A DNA stretch of 64,000 nt from Candidatus Falkowbacteria bacterium (GTDB lineage Bacteria > Patescibacteriota > Patescibacteriia > Patescibacteriales > GWE2-39-37), in contig JBAXJQ010000001.1 of NCBI GenBank assembly GCA_037137775.1, forward strand, positions 32,316 to 96,315, in the 5' to 3' direction. This document shows, piece by piece, positions 40,109 to 48,465 of this stretch. Every line of letters starts with the position of its first letter. Position 1 is the first letter of the stretch. A model generated the notes under the pieces. The model had not been told where the DNA came from, did no database searches, and was given only the letters and a program-made list of their open reading frames with translations. A program made the position numbers and the translations under genes.

Positions 40109-41158
40109 ATGCCCAACACATTAGTTTTAAATGCCGGCTCAACTTCTATTAAGTATAAACTTTTTGACGAAGTGGAAAAGGAATTAGCGCAAGGCCAGGT
40201 TAACACCGTCAAAGATTACCCCTCAAGTTTTAAGCAGATTTTACGACAAGTAATCAAATTTGGTGAAATCAGCTTAGTTGGTCATCGGGTCGTACATGGT
40301 GGGTGGCGCTTTACCGAACCGACCATAATTGGACAAACAGAACTCGCTGATCTAGCTGAATTTAACCATCTTGCCCCTTTGCATAATCCATATAATTTTG
40401 AAGGTATTAAAGTGGCTATGGAGTTTTTGCCTGAGTCAAAAAACGTGGCTGTGTTTGATACTGGTTTTTTTGCTGAATTACCAGATGAAGCCAAGACCTA
40501 TGCTATTCCTAATAAGGTGAGCGAACAATATCATTTACGTCGTTATGGCTTTCATGGCATCTCCCATAATTATGCCATGTTAAATGCGGCAGAAATTTTT
40601 AATATAAAATTACATTCGTTAAATTTAATTAGTGTACATTTAGGTGGTGGCTGTTCAGTCGCTGCTATTAAAAGAGGCAAGGCAATAGATATCTCCAATG
40701 GATTTACTCCTAATGAAGGGCTGATTATGATGAGTCGTAGCGGTGATATTGACTCTGGTTTGGTGTTAGAACTGTTACGACTTTTACCCGGAACAATCAA
40801 CGCCGAAAAAGTTGAAGCATTAAATCATTTATTAAATTACGAATCAGGTATTAAGGGGTTATCTCCCCGTGATCATGATTTTGTCGAGCTGTTGCGTTCG
40901 GTTAGTTTAAGTCAATCAGCCGCCACGCGGGCATTTAATTTGTTTGTCTATCGAATTGTTAAATATGTCGGTGCTTATTGGGCGGTGTTAGGTGGGGACG
41001 TGGATGGTATAGTCTTTACCGGTGCCATTGGTGCTGGGCAAGCTCAGACACGTAACGCCATTATGCGCCGTCTAAAATTTTTATCTGGCATCCCCACGAT
41101 TGTAATAAAACCGAATGAAGAGTTGCTTATCGCCCGACAGGCCCGCACAATTGTTTAA
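40109..41158 (+). CDS. ackA: Acetate/propionate kinase (ASKHA family)
   Basis: LVLNAGSTSIKYKLF, GHRVVHGG, PLHNP, VAVFDTGFF, RRYGFHGISH and SRSGDID are all acetate-kinase motifs. Confidence 0.8.
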   Translation: MPNTLVLNAGSTSIKYKLFDEVEKELAQGQVNTVKDYPSSFKQILRQVIKFGEISLVGHRVVHGGWRFTEPTIIGQTELADLAEFNHLAPLHNPYNFEGIKVAMEFLPESKNVAVFDTGFFAELPDEAKTYAIPNKVSEQYHLRRYGFHGISHNYAMLNAAEIFNIKLHSLNLISVHLGGGCSVAAIKRGKAIDISNGFTPNEGLIMMSRSGDIDSGLVLELLRLLPGTINAEKVEALNHLLNYESGIKGLSPRDHDFVELLRSVSLSQSAATRAFNLFVYRIVKYVGAYWAVLGGDVDGIVFTGAIGAGQAQTRNAIMRRLKFLSGIPTIVIKPNEELLIARQARTIV

Positions 41159-41160
41159 AT

Positions 41161-42783
41161 ATGATACGTAAAATTTTACACAACAAGACTTCAAGCATAG
41201 CAGCGGCCGCTTTATTTGTGGCCGCTTCTTCGTTAGTTTCTCGAGTACTTGGCTTGGTTCGTGATCGCATTTTAGCCGGCAGTTTCGGTGCAGGCGATAC
41301 CTTGGATGTATATTATGCCGCCTTCCGCTTGCCAGATTTAGTTTATAATTTACTGGTTTTAGGTGCTCTTTCCGCAGGCTTTATCCCGATTTTTACTCAG
41401 CTGATCAGTAAAAATGATTCCGATACTGTTTCAGTAGAAGGGTGGCGTTTGGCTAATAATATTTTTTCAATTCTTCTATTTATGTTGTCCGGTCTGTTAT
41501 TGTTTGTGGCCATATTCGCTCGTCCGTTAGCCGGAATTTTTGCACCAGGCTTTAGTGGTGATAAATTGGAGGCAACGGTTGCCTTAACCAGGATTATGGT
41601 TTTTTCACCGTTGTTATTGGGCTTGTCAGCAGTCATGGGTGGGGTGTTGCAATCGACGAAGCGTTTTTTGATTTATTCATTAGCACCGATAATGTACAAC
41701 TTGGGTATAATTTTTGGCGCTCTGGTTTTTGTACCAGTATTCGGTATTACCGGCCTAGGATTTGGTGTTGTCTTAGGTGCGTTATTGCATTTTGCGATTC
41801 AATTACCAACTATGTTTCAACTTGGTTGGCGATTTCAGCCAGTTATAGATTTTCGTGATGCCTCTGTACGCAAAATTGCCGTAATGATGGTGCCGCGAAC
41901 CTTATCATTGGCCGTTGGACAAGTAGATTTGTTGGTTAGCACTGCCATTGCCAGTACTTTGGCCAGCGGCTCGTTGGCTGTTTTTAATTTTGCGAATAAT
42001 ATCCAGATTTTCCCAGTTGGCATTTTTGGTATTGCTTTTGCTACGGCGGTTTTTCCAACCTTATCTGCTTTAGCTGATAAGCGATATCAATTTGTGGCCA
42101 GTTTTTCAAGTACGATAAAACAGATCTGGTTTTTTATTATTCCCGCCACAGTATTCTTTCTTATTTTTCGAGCTGAAATTATTCGCCTATTGTTAGGCGT
42201 TGGTCAATTTTCTTGGGAAAACACCAGACTAACTTATGAGGCTCTAACGTTTTTTGTTATTTCACTTTTTGCTCAATCCGCCATTCCATTGTTAGTGCGC
42301 AGTTTCTACGCTCGTCACAATAGCCGCCAACCATTTTATATTGGAGTAGTAGCCGTGGCAGCCGATGTTTTTTTCTCATTATGGTTTAGTCAAATTTGGG
42401 GTGTAGCTGGCATTGCTTTGGCTTTTTCAATTTCCAGCATAATTAATTTTATTGGCTTATGGTGGCTTTTGCGTCGTGAATTAAAAAATTTAAATGAACG
42501 CTCTATCTTAATTTCAACAAGTAAATTTATTTTAGCGGCGGTAATTGCAGGTGGTATTACACTAGGTCTAAAAAGTATTTTGCATAGTTTATTACCAATG
42601 GATAGAACAATTGGCATCTTACTTCAGTCCGGTTTAGCTGGCAGTCTAGGTCTTTTGGCCTATGTTTTTTTCTGCCATTGGCTTGGCTGTACCGAGGTTC
42701 AATTTTTTTGGCAAAAATTAGCTAAAAAATCATCATTACTAAAAACCAAGTTAGCAGATCAAGGTGAGGCTAGAGGTATTTGA
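41161..42783 (+). CDS. murJ: Lipid II flippase MurJ (MviN)
   Basis: The N-terminus LVSRVLGLVRDRILAGSFGAGDTLDVYYAAFRLPDL is followed by 14 TM helices. Confidence 0.85.
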   Translation: MIRKILHNKTSSIAAAALFVAASSLVSRVLGLVRDRILAGSFGAGDTLDVYYAAFRLPDLVYNLLVLGALSAGFIPIFTQLISKNDSDTVSVEGWRLANNIFSILLFMLSGLLLFVAIFARPLAGIFAPGFSGDKLEATVALTRIMVFSPLLLGLSAVMGGVLQSTKRFLIYSLAPIMYNLGIIFGALVFVPVFGITGLGFGVVLGALLHFAIQLPTMFQLGWRFQPVIDFRDASVRKIAVMMVPRTLSLAVGQVDLLVSTAIASTLASGSLAVFNFANNIQIFPVGIFGIAFATAVFPTLSALADKRYQFVASFSSTIKQIWFFIIPATVFFLIFRAEIIRLLLGVGQFSWENTRLTYEALTFFVISLFAQSAIPLLVRSFYARHNSRQPFYIGVVAVAADVFFSLWFSQIWGVAGIALAFSISSIINFIGLWWLLRRELKNLNERSILISTSKFILAAVIAGGITLGLKSILHSLLPMDRTIGILLQSGLAGSLGLLAYVFFCHWLGCTEVQFFWQKLAKKSSLLKTKLADQGEARGI

Positions 42784-42864
42784 CCGATGAGGATAAAATC
42801 GGTATTATAATAGCGCTACTGCAAGCCGAAGCGCTTAATTTGGCTTTTATTAGAAATATAGAAA

Positions 42865-44649
42865 ATGCAACCGATTAGAAATTTTTGTATCATTGCCCAT
42901 ATCGATCACGGTAAGTCTACGTTAGCTGACCGTCTTTTGGAGTTTACCGGCACTGTTGAAAAACGGAAAATGAAAGAACAGTTGTTGGATAAAATGGATT
43001 TGGAGCGCGAGCGGGGAATAACCATTAAATTAGCGCCAGTGACCATGGATTATCAAGGGTATACCCTAAATTTAATTGATACTCCAGGTCATGTCGATTT
43101 TACCTATGAGGTCTCTCGCAGCTTGGCAGCTGTCGAAGGGGCGATACTTTTAGTTGATGCGACGCAAGGCATTCAAGCTCAAACAATTGCTAATTTATAT
43201 TTGGCTATTGAACAGAATTTGGTGATTATTCCAATAGTAAACAAGATTGATTTACCCGCGGCAGATTTACAAAAAACCAAGCATGAAATTATTAAATTAT
43301 TAGGTTGTGATGAGAATGAAATAATTTGTGCCTCGGGCAAAACCGGTGCTGGTATTCCGGAGATTATTAAGGCGGTAATCGACCGAGTGCCAGCGCCCGC
43401 TGGCAAACCAGATGCCCCGGCACGTGCCTTGATTTTTGATTCCAATTACGATGAGTATCGCGGCGTAGTTGCTTTTGTGCGCGTAGTCGATGGCCAAATT
43501 AATAAGAACGATAAGATTATTCTAATGGCGACCAAAGCCAGAAGCGAGTCATTGGATGTAGGCATATTTAAACCCGATTATTTTTCTACTAGTTTTTTAA
43601 GTACTGGTCAGATCGGCTATATCGTTACCGGTTTTAAAGATGTTTCTGATTGCCGCGTGGGCGACACTGTGGCTTTTCAGCAGACTGCTGCTACCACACA
43701 ACAGTTAATAGGTTATCGTGAGGCAAAGCCGATGGTTTATGCCGGCATTTATCCCAAGGAAGGTGATGATTTTCAACAATTGCGTGAAGCGATTTCAAAA
43801 TTAAAATTGAATGATGCCGCCCTAGTCTACGAGCCGGAGCATTCTCAAGCACTCGGCTTTGGTTTTCGTTGTGGTTTTTTAGGCTTACTCCATTTGGAAA
43901 TTTTTCAAGAACGATTACGTCGTGAATACGATTTGGATTTGATTGTTACGGTGCCTAGTGTTTCCTATCACGTGCAAAAACATAATGGCGATGAGGTGGT
44001 GGTTAGTAGCCCACAACTCTTACCTACGCCAACTGAAATTAAGGCAGTACTTGAACCTTGGGTGAAGTTAGACGTGGTTACACCTAAGACTTATTTAGGG
44101 GCAATTATGAATTTTAGCCAAGAAAAACGAGGAGTTTACAAGAATACGGAGTATTTGGACGAGGAGCGGGCAGTTCTCCATTATAATATTCCGATGAGCG
44201 CGATTTTAACTGATTTTTATGATAAAATAAAAAGTATCAGCTCTGGCTACGCTTCTATTAATTATGAGTTTTCAGATTATCAGCCAGCTGATGTGGTCAA
44301 GCTTGATATTTTAGTAGCAGAAGAGGCGGTTGAGGCCTTAACCACCATTGTCTATCGCGATGAATCTTTCCGTCGGGGCAAAGAAGTGGTAACGGTTTTA
44401 AAAGATACCTTGCCTAAGCAGATGTTTGTAATAAAAATTCAAGCAGCTATTGGTGGCAAGGTAATCGCCTCGGAAAAAATATCCGCTATGCGTAAAGATG
44501 TTACGGCCAAATTGTACGGCGGTGATGTAACCCGTAAACGTAAATTGTTAGAAAAACAGAAGAAAGGCAAGAAAAAAATGATGGCCATGGGTAAGGGTAG
44601 TGTGGACATTCCCAGTGATACTTTTGTAAAAATATTAAAACGACAATAA
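42865..44649 (+). CDS. lepA: Elongation factor 4 (LepA)
   Basis: IRNFCIIAHIDHGKSTLADRLLE and DTPGHVDF G-motifs plus the LepA-specific C-terminal domain. Confidence 0.95.
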   Translation: MQPIRNFCIIAHIDHGKSTLADRLLEFTGTVEKRKMKEQLLDKMDLERERGITIKLAPVTMDYQGYTLNLIDTPGHVDFTYEVSRSLAAVEGAILLVDATQGIQAQTIANLYLAIEQNLVIIPIVNKIDLPAADLQKTKHEIIKLLGCDENEIICASGKTGAGIPEIIKAVIDRVPAPAGKPDAPARALIFDSNYDEYRGVVAFVRVVDGQINKNDKIILMATKARSESLDVGIFKPDYFSTSFLSTGQIGYIVTGFKDVSDCRVGDTVAFQQTAATTQQLIGYREAKPMVYAGIYPKEGDDFQQLREAISKLKLNDAALVYEPEHSQALGFGFRCGFLGLLHLEIFQERLRREYDLDLIVTVPSVSYHVQKHNGDEVVVSSPQLLPTPTEIKAVLEPWVKLDVVTPKTYLGAIMNFSQEKRGVYKNTEYLDEERAVLHYNIPMSAILTDFYDKIKSISSGYASINYEFSDYQPADVVKLDILVAEEAVEALTTIVYRDESFRRGKEVVTVLKDTLPKQMFVIKIQAAIGGKVIASEKISAMRKDVTAKLYGGDVTRKRKLLEKQKKGKKKMMAMGKGSVDIPSDTFVKILKRQ

Positions 44650-44651
44650 TT

Positions 44652-44759
44652 ATGTTAGATTTAAAAAGAAAAAAGCGCATCCGCATTATTTGGGCGATTA
44701 TTAGTTTAATGGTGATTTTTTCCATGGTGGCGTGGACGGTCGGCATCGCTTTAATGTAA
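44652..44759 (+). CDS. Candidate 35-aa micro-membrane protein, below the ORF-track size cut-off
   Basis: MLDLKRKKRIRIIWAIISLMVIFSMVAWTVGIALM has a basic N-terminus and a single TM. It lies between lepA and recJ. Confidence 0.25.
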   Translation: MLDLKRKKRIRIIWAIISLMVIFSMVAWTVGIALM

Positions 44760-44783
44760 GAAGGTAGATAATAAACAAACGTA

Positions 44784-46529
44784 ATGACGATAAAAATTTG
44801 GCAACAGATGCCGGCCATTACGCCGGTAGTTCGTGAGCTATTCTCGTCTCAAGACGAGGTGTCCGCGCAGCTTTTATTTAACCGAGGTCTAATTACAGCC
44901 CAAGCTGCTGCTGATTTTTTAGTAGGAGAAGATGACCGCTTGCAACATGATCCATTTTTGTTTCGCAACATGATTGAGGCAGTTGATTTGGTAATCAGTC
45001 ACATCAAGGCGGGAAATAAGATAATTGTCTATGGTGATTATGATGCTGACGGTGTTACCGCAGCTTCGTGTCTTTATGAAACGCTTGCAACATTGCATGC
45101 TCAAGTTGGTGTTTACATTCCCGATCGAGTCAGTGAAGGGTATGGACTTAATCAAGCCGCAATTAATGAATTAGTTGCTCAACAAGCGAAATTGGTCATT
45201 ACGGTGGATAATGGCATTCGTGACCAAGCCAATGTGGCACGGCTCATAGAACGGGGTGTGCAAGTAATTGTGACCGATCACCATGTTCCTCCGCCTGAAA
45301 CCTCTAATTGGCCGCAGTGTTTAATTATTAATCCGATGTTACCGAACGAAACCTATCCGTTTAAATATTTGGCCGGTGTCGGGGTGGCAAGTAAATTTGC
45401 TCTGGCAATTATAAAACGGGCAAATATTTCAGATGAGATTAAAGACCGACTAAGCGATCGGATAATGGATTTAGTCGCTTTAGGCACAGTGGCTGATTGT
45501 GTAACGCTTTTGGGTGAAAATCGAGCTCTTGTTAAGCGGGGTTTGCGGGTAATGAATCATACCACTCGTATTGGTTTACAAGAACTTATTAAGATTGCAA
45601 AAATCAATGAAGAAAAAACTTTAGATAGTTGGAATATCGGTTTTCAGCTAGCGCCTCGATTAAATGCGGCAGGACGAATGGATCACGCTAACACGGCATT
45701 TGAATTGATGATAACCCGAGACCAGCCTACTGCCGTTAAGTTGGCTATGGGCTTAAATGATAGCAATCAGATTCGTCAACGAATTACCGAGGGCATCGTG
45801 AAGCAGGTAACCGCTACCATTACTGAACAACAATTGGCGGATAAAATAATTATCGCTGTTAGCCCCAGTGTGTATGGCCAAGGTGAATCTTGGAATGAGG
45901 GTGTCATTGGCTTGGCCGCCGGACGTTTGATGGAACGGTATTATTTGCCGGTTTTAGTTATTACCGGAACGCCAAATCATATCAAGGCCTCGGGGCGGAG
46001 TATTGAGGAGTTTCATTTAATTGAGGCGATTGAATTGGCTAGTGAGCATTTAGATAAATATGGTGGTCATGCCGCAGCTGCCGGCTTTACTATTACGAGC
46101 CAAGCCAACCTTGAAGCCTTTATGACAGCAATGAAAGGGTTGGTTAAAGCCAAGCTGGGCGACTTAACGCTAGGGGCTAAATTAAACATTGAAACGGAAA
46201 TTTCGTTGCGACAAATCGATATGGATTTGTGGACCAACCTAGAACGGTTTGCCCCTTTTGGTGAAGACAACCCTAAACCAATTTTTGTCACCCATGGCGT
46301 TGAAGTAGTTGATTTGGCTAAATTGGGTACCGAGGGCCAGCATTTACGCCTGCGTCTGCGTCAGGATCAACCGCGATTTTTAAGCGCAATCGGCTTTAAT
46401 CAAGTAGTTGACTGGCCGGATTTAAAAATCGGTTCAATAATAAATGTTGTTTATTATTTAGAATTAAATACTTTTAATGGTCGTACCGAATTGCAGCTTA
46501 GATTAATTGATTTAAAAATACTGTCGTAA
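44784..46529 (+). CDS. recJ: Single-stranded-DNA-specific exonuclease RecJ
   Basis: DHH motifs (VYGDYDADGVT, VTDHH), a DHHA1 domain and an OB-fold C-terminus. Confidence 0.85.
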   Translation: MTIKIWQQMPAITPVVRELFSSQDEVSAQLLFNRGLITAQAAADFLVGEDDRLQHDPFLFRNMIEAVDLVISHIKAGNKIIVYGDYDADGVTAASCLYETLATLHAQVGVYIPDRVSEGYGLNQAAINELVAQQAKLVITVDNGIRDQANVARLIERGVQVIVTDHHVPPPETSNWPQCLIINPMLPNETYPFKYLAGVGVASKFALAIIKRANISDEIKDRLSDRIMDLVALGTVADCVTLLGENRALVKRGLRVMNHTTRIGLQELIKIAKINEEKTLDSWNIGFQLAPRLNAAGRMDHANTAFELMITRDQPTAVKLAMGLNDSNQIRQRITEGIVKQVTATITEQQLADKIIIAVSPSVYGQGESWNEGVIGLAAGRLMERYYLPVLVITGTPNHIKASGRSIEEFHLIEAIELASEHLDKYGGHAAAAGFTITSQANLEAFMTAMKGLVKAKLGDLTLGAKLNIETEISLRQIDMDLWTNLERFAPFGEDNPKPIFVTHGVEVVDLAKLGTEGQHLRLRLRQDQPRFLSAIGFNQVVDWPDLKIGSIINVVYYLELNTFNGRTELQLRLIDLKILS

Positions 46530-46531
46530 GT

Positions 46532-46945
46532 ATGACTAATAAAATTACAATTTATTCCGATGGCGGGGCACGTGGCAATCCAGGCCCAGCAGCCATTGGC
46601 ACGGTGCTGTATGATGAGGGTGGTGTAGTAGTTGCCGAAATTTCAGAATATATTGGTGAGACAACAAATAACCAAGCCGAATACAAGGCGATTATTGCTG
46701 GCCTAATTTGTGCCAAAGAGCTCGGTGCGCAAACGATTGAGTGTTTTCTTGATAGTCTTTTAGTGGTTGAGCAGTTAAATCATCGGTACAAAGTTAAACA
46801 CCCTGGCCTGGCACCCTTGTTTTTAGAAGTACACAATTTACGTCACCATTTTAAGCAAATTAGCTTTCGGCATATCCCTAGAGAAAAAAACAAAGCCGCA
46901 GATAAGTTAGTTAATTTAGCACTGGACAGGGAATTGGGCTGTTAG
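46532..46945 (+). CDS. rnhA: Ribonuclease HI
   Basis: IYSDGGARGNPGPAA, NNQAEYKAIIAGL, DSLLVVEQ and REKNKAADKLVN are RNase H catalytic motifs. Confidence 0.75.
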   Translation: MTNKITIYSDGGARGNPGPAAIGTVLYDEGGVVVAEISEYIGETTNNQAEYKAIIAGLICAKELGAQTIECFLDSLLVVEQLNHRYKVKHPGLAPLFLEVHNLRHHFKQISFRHIPREKNKAADKLVNLALDRELGC

Positions 46946-46967
46946 TATAATAAAAAATGTTTTTCAT

Positions 46968-47120
46968 TGTCATGCCGGACTCGATCCGGCATCTCGTAAA
47001 TTTCACCTGATACCGGATCAAGTCCGGTATGACAACAAGGTCGCATTCTGCCCAGGGCTGAACCGCCTTGGGCAGAGGCTCAGTTGGTTACCTGCCTGCT
47101 GGCAGGCTGGGAGCGCACTA
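46968..47120 (+). repeat. Cluster of four GC-rich palindromic hairpins embedding a partial copy of the tRNA-Val 5' half (acceptor 5' strand plus D-arm)
   Basis: GGTCGCAT[tctgcccagggctgaaccgccttgggcaga]GGCTCAGTTGGTTA[cctgcctgctggcaggctgg]GAGCGCAC reproduces nt 1-30 of the downstream tRNA-Val with two palindromic insertions. It is preceded by the CCGGA-N5-TCCGG hairpins gccggactcgatccggc and ataccggatcaagtccggtat. Confidence 0.55.
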
Positions 47121-47141
47121 TGTAGTAGAAAAAAAATATCA

Positions 47142-47215
47142 GGTCGCATGGCTCAGTTGGTTAGAGCGCACCGTTCACATCGGTGAGGTCCCAGGTTCGA
47201 GTCCTGGTGCGACCA
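47142..47215 (+). tRNA. tRNA-Val (anticodon CAC)
   Basis: Cloverleaf with acceptor GGTCGCA/TGCGACC, D-arm GCTC-AGTTGGTTA-GAGC, anticodon arm CACCG-TTCACAT-CGGTG and T-arm CCAGG-TTCGAGT-CCTGG. CCA is not encoded. Confidence 0.9.
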
Positions 47216-47224
47216 CAAGTAAAG

Positions 47225-47261
47225 TGTTTGTCCGTTAGGGCAAACAAATTATTTGTTTTTT
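47225..47261 (+). terminator. Terminator after tRNA-Val
   Basis: Hairpin GTTTGTCC-gtta-GGGCAAAC followed by aaattatttgtttttt. Confidence 0.55.
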
Positions 47262-47311
47262 AAACAAAAGTCCTCGCTAGTCACGAGGCGGATAACGCAA
47301 GGAGACTCACC

Positions 47312-47494
47312 ATGGATACCACCAATTTGGGAAGTCTTGTGGCCAAGACGCAAGTCGGGCAGGCAGTGTATTTAACCGCTTTTGGTAACACGGTAATAGA
47401 CCAGCTCCTTGGGATGTATAATTTTTACTGGAATTGGTTTTATTGCCCAACGGGCTTGCTATCAACTGACCGGAATGTGTCGACAGAAAATTAG
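47312..47494 (+). CDS. Hypothetical 60-aa protein with a strong RBS
   Basis: AAGGAG lies 7 nt upstream of the ATG, and the ORF is followed by an intrinsic terminator. There is no homology support. Confidence 0.3.
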   Translation: MDTTNLGSLVAKTQVGQAVYLTAFGNTVIDQLLGMYNFYWNWFYCPTGLLSTDRNVSTEN

Positions 47495-47532
47495 CCAGCC
47501 CTATCCTTGAACGCAGAATGCACTTCATCCTA

Positions 47533-47567
47533 CCCCCGGAGTTTTTTATCCGGGGGTGATTTTTTTG
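47533..47567 (+). terminator. Rho-independent terminator
   Basis: Hairpin CCCCCGGA-gtttttta-TCCGGGGG followed by tgattttttt. Confidence 0.65.
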
Positions 47568-47618
47568 CTTTTTAGTCTAACCTTGGTATACTTTCAATAT
47601 GATCATTAAACTAAAAAT

Positions 47619-48371
47619 ATGTCACAGTATTATAATCCTAAGCGTACCAAAAATATTTTTAACCCAACTTCTCCGGAGCCGTTCAAAATCAGCCGGTCGA
47701 AAATCGATCTATTTTTGAATTGCCCGCGCTGTTTTTATCTCGATCGCCGGCTTGGCATCGGTCAACCGCCAGGCTTTCCATTCAATCTCAACTCCGCCGT
47801 TGATGCCTTGCTAAAAAAGGAATTTGATATTCATCGGGCAGGGAACACAGCGCATCCTTTGATGAAGGCCTATGGCTTAGATTTAGTTCCGCTGCAGCAC
47901 GAGTTGATGGACGAATGGCGGGAAAATTTTAAGGGAGTGCAGTTTTTGCATGAGTCGACCAATTTCTTGGTTACCGGTGCGGTGGATGATTTATGGGTGG
48001 ATAAGAATAATAAGATTCACATTGTTGATTATAAGGCTACCAGTAAATCGACCGAGGTGAATCTAGATGCGGATTGGCAGATAGGCTATAAGCGCCAGAT
48101 GGAAATTTATCAGTGGTTAGTGCGCAACAACGGTTATACTGTATCGGACGTGGGTTATTTCGTGTATTGCAACGGTAAAACCGACCGTGAGGCCTTTGAT
48201 GGCAAGCTAGAATTTGATATCAAAATTATCCCTTATACCGGTGATGCCTCATGGGTAGAGAAGGAGTTAATTAAAGCGCATGATTGTCTGATGAGCAAAA
48301 AAATTCCTAAGCTGGGTGTCAATTGCGATTATTGCCAGTATGTAGCAGCGGTAGAAAAAGCAACAAAATAG
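47619..48371 (+). CDS. PD-(D/E)xK nuclease-family protein with a 4-Cys cluster (Cas4/RecB-nuclease-like)
   Basis: N-terminal CPRCFY, the core motif VDDLWVDKNNKIHIVDYKATSK (D...DYK) and C-terminal CDYCQY fit Cas4-like and AddB-like Fe-S nuclease domains. Confidence 0.65.
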   Translation: MSQYYNPKRTKNIFNPTSPEPFKISRSKIDLFLNCPRCFYLDRRLGIGQPPGFPFNLNSAVDALLKKEFDIHRAGNTAHPLMKAYGLDLVPLQHELMDEWRENFKGVQFLHESTNFLVTGAVDDLWVDKNNKIHIVDYKATSKSTEVNLDADWQIGYKRQMEIYQWLVRNNGYTVSDVGYFVYCNGKTDREAFDGKLEFDIKIIPYTGDASWVEKELIKAHDCLMSKKIPKLGVNCDYCQYVAAVEKATK

Positions 48372-48465
48372 TTTACGAAATCATATAAAAATGGTTTAAT
48401 GTAATTAATACGTAACATTTATTCTTTTTGGTTGTATTAAAAGAGTAATATTAAACACAATCAAC

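Noticed and set aside
47307-47528. 73-aa minus-strand ORF antisense to the 60-aa ORF
   Set aside because: It has no RBS. It runs against the terminator orientation, since both hairpin terminators in this region are plus-oriented.
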